Assembly (NCBI GenBank): GCA_016200965.1
Contig: JACQDT010000001.1
Span: 3,544 to 67,543, forward strand
Reading direction: 5' to 3'
From: Candidatus Azambacteria bacterium
GTDB lineage: Bacteria > Patescibacteriota > Minisyncoccia > GWC2-36-17 > WO2-46-25
DNA: 64,000 bases
Shown piece by piece: positions 38,592 through 48,387 of the stretch (its first letter is position 1; every line of letters starts with the position of its first letter). The position numbers were made by a program, and so were the translations under genes. The notes below the pieces were generated by a model. That model worked only from the letters and a program-made list of their open reading frames with translations. It did no database searches and had not been told where the DNA came from.

Positions 38592-39116
38592 ATGAATAGG
38601 GTTTTACCCATCATTATCGGAGTTTTGATTGTCGGGGGCGTGGGTTGGCTGGTAGTTTCCAGCCGCAACGCCCCCGAACGATCAAACCAGCAAGCGGAGT
38701 CAGAGAAAGCGCCGGATTTTAATCTCAAAGATTATAGTGGCAATACAGTGAGGATTGCGGATTTTCAGGGCAAACCGCTGGTGATAAACTCCTGGGCGGC
38801 ATGGTGCTCATTCTGCCGCAAAGAGCTCGTTGATTTTGTAACGGTTCAGAAAGAATTCGGCGACCGAGTCATTATTATTGCGGTTGACCGCGCCGAATCG
38901 CTCACCGTGGCAAAAAAATACACCGATGAACTCGGCGTAACCAATGGAATGTTGTTCTTGCTTGACCCTACCGATCCTTTTTTTCAATCTATCGGCGGGT
39001 TTTCAATGCCGGAAACAATTTTTGCTGATGCGAAAGGCACTATCGTATTCCATAAAAGAGGACCGATGAATGTTCAGGAAATGCGCGAGAAAATTCAACA
39101 GCTTTTATCGCGATAG
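38592..39116 (+). CDS. TlpA/ResA-like thiol-disulfide oxidoreductase
   Basis: TM, APDF, WAAWCSFC, MPET. Confidence 0.88.
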   Translation: MNRVLPIIIGVLIVGGVGWLVVSSRNAPERSNQQAESEKAPDFNLKDYSGNTVRIADFQGKPLVINSWAAWCSFCRKELVDFVTVQKEFGDRVIIIAVDRAESLTVAKKYTDELGVTNGMLFLLDPTDPFFQSIGGFSMPETIFADAKGTIVFHKRGPMNVQEMREKIQQLLSR

Positions 39117-39120
39117 ATAA

Positions 39121-39876
39121 ATGGACATTTCTCTCATCATCCCCGCGTTCATTGCCGGCGTTCTCACATTCCTTGCGCCATGCACACTTCCCTTGGTGCC
39201 GGGTTATCTGGGATTTATCAGCGGCGTTTCCATCAATGACCTCGAAGATCCGCAAAAATCCGCATCAGCTCGCAGAAAAATTTTTTTGAATGGACTTTTG
39301 TTTGTTGTCGGTTTCAGTTTTATTTTTATACTGCTTGGCAGCCTTTTTGGTCTGGGCGGCTCCGCTCTTGTTCACTATCGGATTTGGCTCTCGCGAATCG
39401 GCGGTATTTTCGTAATACTTTTTGGGCTTTTTATGATCGGAGTTTTGCGGCTGCCATTTTTGAATGTTGAAAAAAATATCAGAGCAATTATGGCGTTGAA
39501 GCCGGGCAATCCGGCAAGTTCTCTCATTTTCGGAGCAACATTTGCTTTTGGCTGGACCCCCTGCGTGGGACCTATTCTTGGTTCAATCCTGACGCTTGCC
39601 GCGGCGTCTGCAACAGTCGGCCAAGGAGCCTTTCTTCTTTCTATTTTCTCATTTGGCCTTGCGGCGCCCTTTCTCCTTATCGCCGCGGGTATCGGTTCCG
39701 CGTCTTCCTACATCACGAAGTTGAGCGGGTACCTTACTGTTGTTTCGGTGATCGGAGGGATATTCCTCATTTTCCTCGGCACTTTGCTTCTGACCAATAA
39801 GTTTGGCGTATGGATTGCATACTTCTACCAATGGTTCAGTTTTATAAACTATGATAGTTTGTTATATTACTTGTAA
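39121..39876 (+). CDS. ccdA: CcdA family protein, canonical order
   Basis: FLAPCTLPLVPGY ... GWTPCVGPILG. Confidence 0.9.
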   Translation: MDISLIIPAFIAGVLTFLAPCTLPLVPGYLGFISGVSINDLEDPQKSASARRKIFLNGLLFVVGFSFIFILLGSLFGLGGSALVHYRIWLSRIGGIFVILFGLFMIGVLRLPFLNVEKNIRAIMALKPGNPASSLIFGATFAFGWTPCVGPILGSILTLAAASATVGQGAFLLSIFSFGLAAPFLLIAAGIGSASSYITKLSGYLTVVSVIGGIFLIFLGTLLLTNKFGVWIAYFYQWFSFINYDSLLYYL

Positions 39877-39878
39877 TT

Positions 39879-40052
39879 ATGGTTAGGGTCATACAACAAA
39901 ACGAAAAAATACTATACCAGTGTGGGGAGTGTGGTTTCCACTATAAAGATCAAACACAAGCGGAAAAATGTGAGGCGTGGTGCAAAGAGCATCACAGTTG
40001 CAACATTGAGATCATCGCTCACGCAGTAGAAAATACGAAAAACAAGCAGTAG
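39879..40052 (+). CDS. Small Cys-rich Zn-finger-like protein, 57 aa (not in ORF track)
   Basis: YQCGECGFHY...AEKCEAWCKEHHSC. Confidence 0.65.
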   Translation: MVRVIQQNEKILYQCGECGFHYKDQTQAEKCEAWCKEHHSCNIEIIAHAVENTKNKQ

Positions 40053-40064
40053 GTTCTCCTAAAA

Positions 40065-40574
40065 CTATTCAACGACGAGCTTCCCCACCATCCCCTGCTG
40101 GCGATGCTGGCCGACACTGCAATAATATTCGAAGGTGCCCGCCTTATCGGCGGTGAATTCCACGCTTGAGGACTTCCCTGCCTCAACCTGCGGTGCCTGC
40201 GCGTTGAACCCGTCCACCACCCAATCATGCGGCCATCCGCCCGCGTTGGTGAAATTAATCCTCACTTTATCGCCTTTTTTTACCCTGATCTCCGACGGGG
40301 TGAACGAGAAATTCTGCCCGCTGACACTGAACGTCTTCACTGCTCCCATCATACCCGCGCCCATCATCATTGAACCATCCGGCATCATGTGCGTGCCGAC
40401 GCCGCTTTCTTTCATCATATTCCCCATATCATGCGCAACGCTTCCTGGCTCAACGGCACCGCCTGATGTTATCGGCTTTTGAACGGGCTGCGGCAATGCC
40501 GCGGAACTAAAGTAATATATCCCTCCGGCAACTATCACCCCCGACATAACAAGCGCAAAAATCCCTTTTGACAT
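40065..40574 (-). CDS. Membrane-anchored cupredoxin (type-1 copper)
   Basis: PHD...YYCSVGQHRQQGM ligands; Met/His-rich linker. Confidence 0.85.
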   Translation of the reverse strand: MSKGIFALVMSGVIVAGGIYYFSSAALPQPVQKPITSGGAVEPGSVAHDMGNMMKESGVGTHMMPDGSMMMGAGMMGAVKTFSVSGQNFSFTPSEIRVKKGDKVRINFTNAGGWPHDWVVDGFNAQAPQVEAGKSSSVEFTADKAGTFEYYCSVGQHRQQGMVGKLVVE

Positions 40575-40593
40575 AATAATGTTGTTTTAATAA

Positions 40594-41625
40594 TTACTTG
40601 AAATACGCGGTGAAATCCAATACCAGTAGCACAAACCAGCCGATGAGCAATATCAGCCAGCCAAAAATCAGCACGATCTCCATCCGCTTATTGAACGACA
40701 GCGCAAAATTTTCCGACGCCATATTATAGATATCCTCAAGCGTTTCGAACTTCTCCTTGATATTGCGCCGCCATTCGTCAAGATGGAACTTTTTTTCAAC
40801 CAGATCAAACACTTTCGCCGAATACCAGTCGCCGATGAGCTTCACGTTCCGATCAACCGCTTCAAACTCGATGATGGAACGGGAGCGCGCGTAGATCATC
40901 TTCCGCACGACTTCTTTCATTTCGCCGCCTTTAAATACGCTGAATCGCTGTTTGTGATGCGTGTGCAATAATCTGGATAATTTGTTCAGCCGACGGTCAA
41001 GCTCAAAATCCAATATGCGATAGCGCAGGAGCTGATAATTCCCGATTTCCAGAAGCTCGATCGTTTCTTCAAACGCCCCGCTTGAGTCAAAGATGAACGC
41101 GCCGTCCCAGTCCACCATCAGCAAGTCATTCTTGCCATATTTAATGCTCGCCTCCAGGGTGCGCGCGATCTCCTTTTCGTCCAGCGGCTCTTTTTCGCTC
41201 TTCACCAGCGCGGCGATGAGCGGCGCGTGCGTAAAGAATTTCTCCGGCTCGCCCGCATACTGCGACACGCAAAACATCCCGTATTCTTCCTCAAAATCCT
41301 TATAGGTATCGTAGCGCTTCAGTATCTCGCGCGAAGCGACTATCATCTTTTCTTTTAGATCAAGCATGTCCCATTGGAACATGTCCCCCGTGTCTGCCGT
41401 GCCTTCCACGAAAATGATGTTCTGCGGATAGCCCTTGGTCACGAATGTTATTTCTCTCCCGTCAATGATCTGCTTTGTCTGCCCTATCATCTTCTGTTCG
41501 GGAATAGCGCCCACGTACGCGGGCGCGCTGCGCACTTCCTTCACCTCTCCCGGCGCAACAACGCCGCCAAAGCTTTCTTTGGTTTCGGTCATCAGCATCG
41601 TCACGATTTTCCCGGGGATTGGCAT
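40594..41625 (-). CDS. RMD1/DUF155-like protein
   Basis: VDWDGA, LIGDWYSA, C-terminal TM after MEIV. Confidence 0.6.
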   Translation of the reverse strand: MPIPGKIVTMLMTETKESFGGVVAPGEVKEVRSAPAYVGAIPEQKMIGQTKQIIDGREITFVTKGYPQNIIFVEGTADTGDMFQWDMLDLKEKMIVASREILKRYDTYKDFEEEYGMFCVSQYAGEPEKFFTHAPLIAALVKSEKEPLDEKEIARTLEASIKYGKNDLLMVDWDGAFIFDSSGAFEETIELLEIGNYQLLRYRILDFELDRRLNKLSRLLHTHHKQRFSVFKGGEMKEVVRKMIYARSRSIIEFEAVDRNVKLIGDWYSAKVFDLVEKKFHLDEWRRNIKEKFETLEDIYNMASENFALSFNKRMEIVLIFGWLILLIGWFVLLVLDFTAYFK

Positions 41626-41652
41626 ATTTTTATCTGCGCCTATCTATGTATA

Positions 41653-43227
41653 TTAAACTGTTCTTTTGATGTAACGCAACCCCACGAAAAAAATACCGAT
41701 GATTCCTAAAATAAAAAGGTACGTGTTCCACGGAAACGCGTGTGCCGCAAGCGCCACGGGCGCCTGTTTTTCGTCTCGCGCTTCTTTGGCGGTGGATGCG
41801 ACCGTTGTCTCGCTTCCTTCGCTTTTTGCCTCCGCCGGCGCCACAACATCTTGAAACTGCGGCGCGGGCGCCACGGTCGGTTTTTTGATTTCTATCGCGG
41901 AAACCGGAGAAGAAGAAATTCCGCCGGCTGGCTCTTGCGCGGAAAGAAACATATTTGTTCCGCCCGGCGTGGGGCTTTGTGTCCATACGAATCGTTCGTC
42001 ATACGACGACTGCTCCGCTCTCTGCGTTCGCGGGTTGCCGTCATCGGCGCGCGCGACCGACCAGCACATCTTTGCATTTTCATATGTAACCTCATGCGCC
42101 GTCTGGCCTGTCGGATATGATAATACAACATGCCCCGACAAAGGAAATGTTATCTTGAGCGTGTCTCCGGAAAACACGAGAAATCCGCCGCCCGCGATGA
42201 ATGTATGTTCCGGAACACGAAACATCGCGGCGGACCCGCCTATTCCTATGCTCCATCCGGATAAATCCGCAAACGAATCGCTTGTATTATACAATTCAAG
42301 CCACTGCCCGCCGCTTTCAGATGAAGGAAGAAATTCGGAAATAACGACGCTCTGCGCGTATATGGTCGCCTCTATTTGATCCTGACTTGAGTGCGAGCCG
42401 TCCGATACCGTCAGCACCGCGACATACTTCCCCGGAAACTGATACCGATGCATGGTCGTTTTTCCTTCGGCAACATTCCCGTCGCCGAAATTCCATGAAA
42501 ACGCGAGTAAACCGGCGCCCGTTGATCGTGAGGCGTCAAATGAAACCGCATCTCCCGCAACAGCGACGATATTGGCGCCCGCATCAGCAACAATGGTATT
42601 TTGGGAAGCGGCGGAAGCACCCGACGGTTGCGCCGTCGTCTGGGACGAAGAAGACGGAGAAACACCTGCCCCGCTGTTTGGCGCGCGAGGCGTGCCATGT
42701 ATCGGATTGCCTTTCACATCCATCCCGTTTTGTGCCGTTCCGTCATTCGTATGCCATCCTTGCGCGTCTTTTTCCATTGACGCGTAATCGGGCGAAGCGG
42801 ACCCCGCGGGCCAACCGGAGGAAAAATCTATATTGTCCACAACGTTTCCCGCGTTATCTTTCAGCACTACATGCTCTCCGGAATTATTCAATCCGCTCCC
42901 CCCAAATGAGCCCGTCTCATCGGCGGGAACATCTGCGATGACGGTGTCATCGGTCCGTTCAATAAGATAATATCCGTTCGCGGATATTTTTTTCGTCAAC
43001 GCAATGACAAGCGTGCTCCCGCCCGCCTCGTACAGTCCCCAACCCGCAAGATCAATTTCGGCGTTCGTCGCATTTTTCAGTTCCACCCATTCATCGGCGC
43101 TGTTGGCTTTTGTCCCCATCCACCCAACTTCGTTTATCACCACATCGCCCGCGCCCGCGGCAAACACATATAAAGGGATGCTCCACACAACAAGCAACGC
43201 CTGAAAAAGAATTCTTGCGATTCGCAT
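41653..43227 (-). CDS. Surface protein: lamin-tail domain, PKD, lamin-tail domain, C-terminal TM
   Basis: VVINE...EWVELKN, WNFGDG, VISEF...WLELYN, PTPG. Confidence 0.82.
   Translation of the reverse strand: MRIARILFQALLVVWSIPLYVFAAGAGDVVINEVGWMGTKANSADEWVELKNATNAEIDLAGWGLYEAGGSTLVIALTKKISANGYYLIERTDDTVIADVPADETGSFGGSGLNNSGEHVVLKDNAGNVVDNIDFSSGWPAGSASPDYASMEKDAQGWHTNDGTAQNGMDVKGNPIHGTPRAPNSGAGVSPSSSSQTTAQPSGASAASQNTIVADAGANIVAVAGDAVSFDASRSTGAGLLAFSWNFGDGNVAEGKTTMHRYQFPGKYVAVLTVSDGSHSSQDQIEATIYAQSVVISEFLPSSESGGQWLELYNTSDSFADLSGWSIGIGGSAAMFRVPEHTFIAGGGFLVFSGDTLKITFPLSGHVVLSYPTGQTAHEVTYENAKMCWSVARADDGNPRTQRAEQSSYDERFVWTQSPTPGGTNMFLSAQEPAGGISSSPVSAIEIKKPTVAPAPQFQDVVAPAEAKSEGSETTVASTAKEARDEKQAPVALAAHAFPWNTYLFILGIIGIFFVGLRYIKRTV
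41997..42038 (-). repeat. 42-bp coding element, locus 3
   Basis: Exact unit, in frame. Confidence 0.95.
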
Positions 43228-43255
43228 ATCGCCAATGTTACCACAAAAGGAAAAC

Positions 43256-43289
43256 GAAAGACCAGAGCGCCGCGGCGCTCTGGTCTTTC
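43256..43289 (-). terminator. Perfect 34-bp palindrome, probable terminator
   Basis: GAAAGACCAGAGCGCCG|CGGCGCTCTGGTCTTTC. Confidence 0.7.
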
Positions 43290-43308
43290 ACCGGAATATC
43301 AGCTCCGT

Positions 43309-45670
43309 TCAGGAATCTTTGGATGCTAATTTCTTTACTGCAACGTAGAGTCCTCCACCCACAAGAAGCATGATAGCAAACCCAACAACTATCGCAACAA
43401 GGGTGCTGTCGGTGCCGAGAGTCAGAACGCTTGCAGCCAGAAACAGCGCGGGGCGCTGTGGCAGTTCCGGAGCCGGCTCGCCTGCCGTTACTGCCACGAC
43501 GGGTAGTGGCTTTTCGGTCACGACGACGCCTGGTTGCGACTCCCCACTTCCCACAACAGGCAATTCCGCGCTTGCCCCTGCCTCTCCGCTCGTGGCAAGA
43601 GGGGAAAACAGTGCGGGTGATGTTTCGGCGGGCTGAGAAGAAGCGGGGGCTTGTACCGCAGGCGGCGCCGGAGTAACTTCCGTCACGGGAGCAGGTTGCG
43701 TAACGAAACTATACTCTGAAGCGTCGAGAATCTCGTTTGAGATAAGCCGGAAGTAATAGAGCATCGCCGGCGTAAGCCCATTGACAGTCACGCTGTGATG
43801 CGTCACCCCGCTCGGGTCAAATGTTGAAGTGGAAAACGCATAGCCGTAATTCGGGCCAACCGAGCTTGTGCTATGCGCCGCGGTGTCGTACACCACGCGG
43901 CTGGTGGAATTGTAGTTCGTGCTCCATGTTACGGTCGCAGTATTATCTGTGGTCGTCGCGGAATCCTCAATGGTTGAAAACGCATAGCCATAATTGGGCG
44001 CGTCGCCTAAAACCGGATGTGAAACAATATCATAAATCACACGGCTTGTATCGGAAAAGTCCGTTGTTCACGTAATAACGGTTGAGGTTTGCTCCGCTCC
44101 CGCCGCCGCCTCTTGGCTGATGACGAGCAGTTTATGATTGCCGAAGTCAACGCCGTTGATTACATCTCCCAGATGGACAGTAATGGGGTCCGAGCTAGAC
44201 GCCGTTTGTGTCCAGCCACTTTGCGGGACCTCACGAACATTATACGTTCCCACCGATAAACCGGAAAATGTATAATTACCGCTTTCGTCCGTCGTGGTTG
44301 CTGTTTCGCCTTCGGTGAATATTCCATCGTCATTAGCATCAAAATAAATAGTCCACCCCGCAATCCCCGGATCACTTTCATCCTTAACGCCATCACCATC
44401 TTGGTCGTTGAACTTCGTACCAGAAATTGTTCCCGGCTGATCATCATTGGTAATAGTGCAAAGAGCCGTCTGGCCAAGCGCGAGAGCAACCGTACTGGTT
44501 GCAGTTTGTGTACCCGTACCGGTACAAACCCAATCGCTTGCCGCGTAGCCGGCGGGGCCTGATTCGGAAAGCGTGTACGTGCCAGCGGAAAACGTCGCAT
44601 CGCTGGAAGTCGCGCCCGCTCCTGAAATTGAAGTCGGACCGGTTGCCGTCAGCGTCCAGTCGGTGGTCGTTGCCGCGCCGCCGTTGTCGTTCACCACGAC
44701 TTTATTAAGCGTAAGCGAAGGCGTGATGTCGTCGTTGGTGATAGTGCAGGTTTTATTTTGACCAGCCGTCAGTGTGATAGTGCCATTGGCGGCGCAATCA
44801 CCGCTGATGGTTCCCGTGTAGCCAGCTTGTGAGGTCTCGGAGACGGTGTGAAGGTCTGCCGATGTCGTGCTCGCCACGCCGCTTGTGACGGAGAAGCCGT
44901 CAATGAAAAGAGGAAAGTCGGCAACGACTTTCGTGCCGCCGTTGTCGTTGACAACAATTTTGGTGACGGTAAGCGTGGCGGTGGTTGGAGCCGCTTTAAG
45001 AGCAACCTGCTGCGCCACCCACTTATCAACGCCACCGCTGGTTAGAGAACTTTTTGTACCAGTCGCGCCAACGACTGCTTGTGTGTAGTCATCTGCAGTT
45101 GTGGCTGGCTTACCACCAGCATTCGCAAGATCATAACGTTCAGAGGCTCCAGCGACTATAGCGAATGTATCAGAACTTTCCTCCGCAAAAAATACAACTA
45201 CAAGATCATTAGCTTGAGTCGTTGTTATTGAAGGAGCTAAGGGAGTATCAGTATTACCAGTATTTCCATCATCAGCATCAATGGGACTAGAAGTATCAAC
45301 TCCAGCGTAACGGATAATGCCTCCTGCCGGCTGGCGGAGTAATGGTCACATCGCTACCTTTATCGACAGCAATGCCAGCAATTAGAAAGTCACCAGAAAC
45401 GGTTAAAGAAGGTTTACTAATGACAAGAGTGGTCGCTCCGCCAGACGCGTTTGCGGCTGATTCAACTGAACCGAAACTTATCGCCGCAAAAACAGGCGAA
45501 ACAGAAGCCGGCAAAAAAGCCATGGTGGACAACACCATCGCCGCGATAACCCATGCCGAAAGGAGCGGGGTCAGCAACGCGCTTTGTTGCTTCGCGTATC
45601 CACGCAGACCTCCGGAAAAAATCCGCAAGAATTTTCCCTGCCTATGCTTTTTGTATACTCTTTTTGGCAT
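43309..45670 (-). pseudogene. Large surface adhesin-like gene (prealbumin-like, SdrD-B-like and FN3-like repeats) with a frameshift and a nonsense codon
   Basis: Frame change near 45330; open frame 45330-44071; in-frame TGA at 44068-44070 where the paralogous repeat has Trp; same frame continues to 43309. Confidence 0.8.
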
Positions 45671-45723
45671 ATAATCTATTTAATTAAACATTAAAAACGT
45701 GAAAAAGTCAACATTACAGGGTA

Positions 45724-45752
45724 TTGACAAGATTATTGCTATGGTGTATAAT
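45724..45752 (+). promoter_or_regulatory. Consensus sigma70 promoter
   Basis: TTGACA-17bp-TATAAT. Confidence 0.8.
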
Positions 45753-45810
45753 TTGTTTTGTTACAATGTTTTTTGACAAACCAATAACCACACTCACAAA
45801 GGAGGGAACT

Positions 45811-46527
45811 GTGAAAAACGCCAAGAAAACAGCGAGAAAAAGCGTTATCGGAATACTGCTTTTCCTGATCGTCTTTTCGTCCGGATCGGTCACGGCCCTG
45901 CTCATGTCGGAACGGCTGGCTAAAACCTCCATCCCGACAATCGCTCCGAGCGTCATTCCCAACGCCTCCCCCATTCCCGGGGCGCTAGTGGCGGAGAGGG
46001 TAACTCCTCTTCCAACACCGCCGGCCGCCGAAGAAAAGTCCGAGGTGAAGACCGTGAAAGTAAAAACGTACTACATGGTTCAACCGTACGATTCCATCAA
46101 TGGGATCGCCGCGAAGTACGGCGTACTCCCCTGGCAACTGCGGGAGGTAAACGGGATGAAGCCGGGAGTGATCATTCACCCCCTGCAGAAGCTTGTTATC
46201 CCCGATGTGAAATGGAAATCGCGCAAGTACATCGGAAAAGCATCCTGGTACGGAGGCCGAGACAACGGAAAGCCGATGGCAAATGCTGAAATATTCAACC
46301 AGCATGAGATCTTGATTGCCCATCGCACGCTACCGTTCGGAACAAAAGTACGCGTGACGAATTTGATAAACAGCACATCAATCGTCACGATCGTGAAAGA
46401 CCGCGGCCCCTACCCGCAAAAAAACGAAAAGTACACGCGGGAAATCGACCTCTCCTACGGCGCCGCCAAAGCGCTCGGCGCAGTGAAAGCGGGAGTGATT
46501 CCCGTTGAGATCACAATCCTTTCGTGA
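45811..46527 (+). CDS. rlpA: LysM plus RlpA-like (DPBB) lytic transglycosylase
   Basis: Y-VQPYDSINGIA LysM; GKASWYG, AHRTLPFGT, DRGPY, IDLS. Confidence 0.85.
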   Translation: MKNAKKTARKSVIGILLFLIVFSSGSVTALLMSERLAKTSIPTIAPSVIPNASPIPGALVAERVTPLPTPPAAEEKSEVKTVKVKTYYMVQPYDSINGIAAKYGVLPWQLREVNGMKPGVIIHPLQKLVIPDVKWKSRKYIGKASWYGGRDNGKPMANAEIFNQHEILIAHRTLPFGTKVRVTNLINSTSIVTIVKDRGPYPQKNEKYTREIDLSYGAAKALGAVKAGVIPVEITILS

Positions 46528-46550
46528 GTGTGGAGAATGAATAAAAAGAA

Positions 46551-46586
46551 AACTGCGACCCCACAACATCGGGCCGCAGTTTTTTT
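46551..46586 (+). terminator. Intrinsic terminator
   Basis: AACTGCG..CGCAGTT hairpin followed by a T-tract. Confidence 0.65.
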
Positions 46587-46607
46587 ATTATCGTTTTATT
46601 ATTACTA

Positions 46608-47024
46608 TTATCTCCTTACTTTTGATTCAACAAGGACAAGCCGCCGTTCAAGTGCGGCAAATTCATCGTAGTCGACTTTTTTCTTGAGACCGCCCTTGAT
46701 AAATTCAACATCGGTTTTAATGATTTCAACATCGGTTTTGGTAGTCGCGATATCCACCTTCATCACTTCAATGTCTTCTTTCATTGATCCGATCATTTCA
46801 GTATGTGCATTGAGGGTCTCCGTGTGCGAATCAAGGGTCTCCGTGTGCGAATCAAGGGTCTCTTTGATCCTTCCAATGTCTTTTTTTATGTCCACGTATT
46901 GTTCAGCGACAATTTTGACTTGATTTTTAAAGTCCTCGCTTAAAGTGCTTATGTGTCTTTTCACATCTTTGTTGTATTCCTTCAGTATGGTTTTTATTTT
47001 CGGATCGCTTGTCTGTTTCTTCAT
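46608..47024 (-). CDS. Coiled-coil hypothetical protein with heptad repeats
   Basis: ETLDSHT repeats, KVDYDEF-LERR C-terminus. Confidence 0.7.
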   Translation of the reverse strand: MKKQTSDPKIKTILKEYNKDVKRHISTLSEDFKNQVKIVAEQYVDIKKDIGRIKETLDSHTETLDSHTETLNAHTEMIGSMKEDIEVMKVDIATTKTDVEIIKTDVEFIKGGLKKKVDYDEFAALERRLVLVESKVRR

Positions 47025-47083
47025 GTGCCTATTTTATCACGCTGAAAAATCGGAAGTCAAATTCAAATGTGTATATCAGATTT

Positions 47084-48337
47084 TTACCTCCCGAACGGAC
47101 GGTGGGCGCGGGGTTGGAAGCGCCAGCCGCCGCCGCGAGTTGACCCGCGGTGGGCGCGGGGCGCGGGGCGCGAAAATTCCGAAAGCGACACATGCGGCAG
47201 ATCCGGGTGCTTGGCCACCGGCAATGATTTGCGGATGAGGCGTTCTATGGCGTGCACTTCACTGCCTTCGTCTGGCATGGCGAACGTGATGGCGTGGCCT
47301 TCCGCGCCGGCGCGCGCCGTGCGGCCGATGCGGTGCACGTAATCATCCGAGGATGAGGGAAGATCGTAGTTCAGCACGAGCTCAATGCCCTTCACATCAA
47401 TGCCGCGCGAGGCGATGTCTGTCGCAACCAGCACGCGGTACTTTCCGAATTTGAATCCGTCCAGCGCTTCTCTGCGCTGAGAAAGCGAGCGGTTGGAATG
47501 GATCTCCGCGACGCGGATGTTCAGCCCTCTGATGTACTGCGTCACTTTCCGCGCGCCGTGTTTTGTGCGCGTGAATACGAGCGTCGGACCCTGATACGTT
47601 TCAAGGAGTTTTGCGAGCAGGGTTGCCTTCTGGTCGCGCGAGACGATGAAAAGCTCCTGCGTAACGCGCTCGGCGGTCGTGCCCGTCGGCGCGATTTCCA
47701 CCCGCGTGGGCAGTTTCATGTGCGTTGCCGCCATCTTCATGATCTCCGAAGGCATCGTGGCGGAAAAAAGCATGGTCTGGCGTTCTCTGGGAAGCGCGTT
47801 TAAAATTCTTTGGATCTGGGGCATAAAACCCATATCAAGCATGCGGTCCGCCTCGTCAAGAACAAGGATGGACACGCCGTCCAAACGCACATTCCTTTGT
47901 TCCATATGATCAATAAGCCGTCCGGGAGTCGCGACGATAACGTGCGGCCTCCGCGCAAGCGCCTGTTTCTGCGGCCACAAAGAAGTGCCGCCGATGAGCA
48001 CCGCCGTGCGAAGCCCGAGGGTCCCGCCGACTTTCCGCAAGGCCTCTTCCACCTGCAAAGCAAGCTCGCGCGTGGGGAGCACCACAAGCCCCTGCCCTTT
48101 CCCGCGCGACAAATGCTGGATCATGGGAATGCCGAACGCGAGCGTTTTTCCCGTACCCGTTTGCGCGATGCCCACCACGTCTTTCCCCTGAATCGCCGAA
48201 GGGATCGCCTGCGCCTGAATGGGAGTGGGCGTTTTAAAGCGAAGCTTCTCCAAAATTTCCAAAATCGCCGGGGCGATGCCCAGACCGTAAAAACCATTAG
48301 CGATATTTTGTTCGGGATGTTGCTGTCCGGTTATCAT
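47084..48337 (-). CDS. DEAD-box RNA helicase (RhlE-like)
   Basis: AQTGTGKT, PTRELA, DEAD, SAT, HRIGRTAR. Confidence 0.95.
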   Translation of the reverse strand: MITGQQHPEQNIANGFYGLGIAPAILEILEKLRFKTPTPIQAQAIPSAIQGKDVVGIAQTGTGKTLAFGIPMIQHLSRGKGQGLVVLPTRELALQVEEALRKVGGTLGLRTAVLIGGTSLWPQKQALARRPHVIVATPGRLIDHMEQRNVRLDGVSILVLDEADRMLDMGFMPQIQRILNALPRERQTMLFSATMPSEIMKMAATHMKLPTRVEIAPTGTTAERVTQELFIVSRDQKATLLAKLLETYQGPTLVFTRTKHGARKVTQYIRGLNIRVAEIHSNRSLSQRREALDGFKFGKYRVLVATDIASRGIDVKGIELVLNYDLPSSSDDYVHRIGRTARAGAEGHAITFAMPDEGSEVHAIERLIRKSLPVAKHPDLPHVSLSEFSRPAPRAHRGSTRGGGWRFQPRAHRPFGR

Positions 48338-48387
48338 AATGAAGCACTATGACAGCAATGCCTGAAAAAGTAAAGCGAAAACAAGTA

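Noticed and set aside
44068-44070. TGA recoding (genetic code 4 or 25)
   Set aside because: TGA ends ordinary genes here (e.g. rpmE, the FtsA-like gene, rlpA), and this gene has a second, independent lesion.
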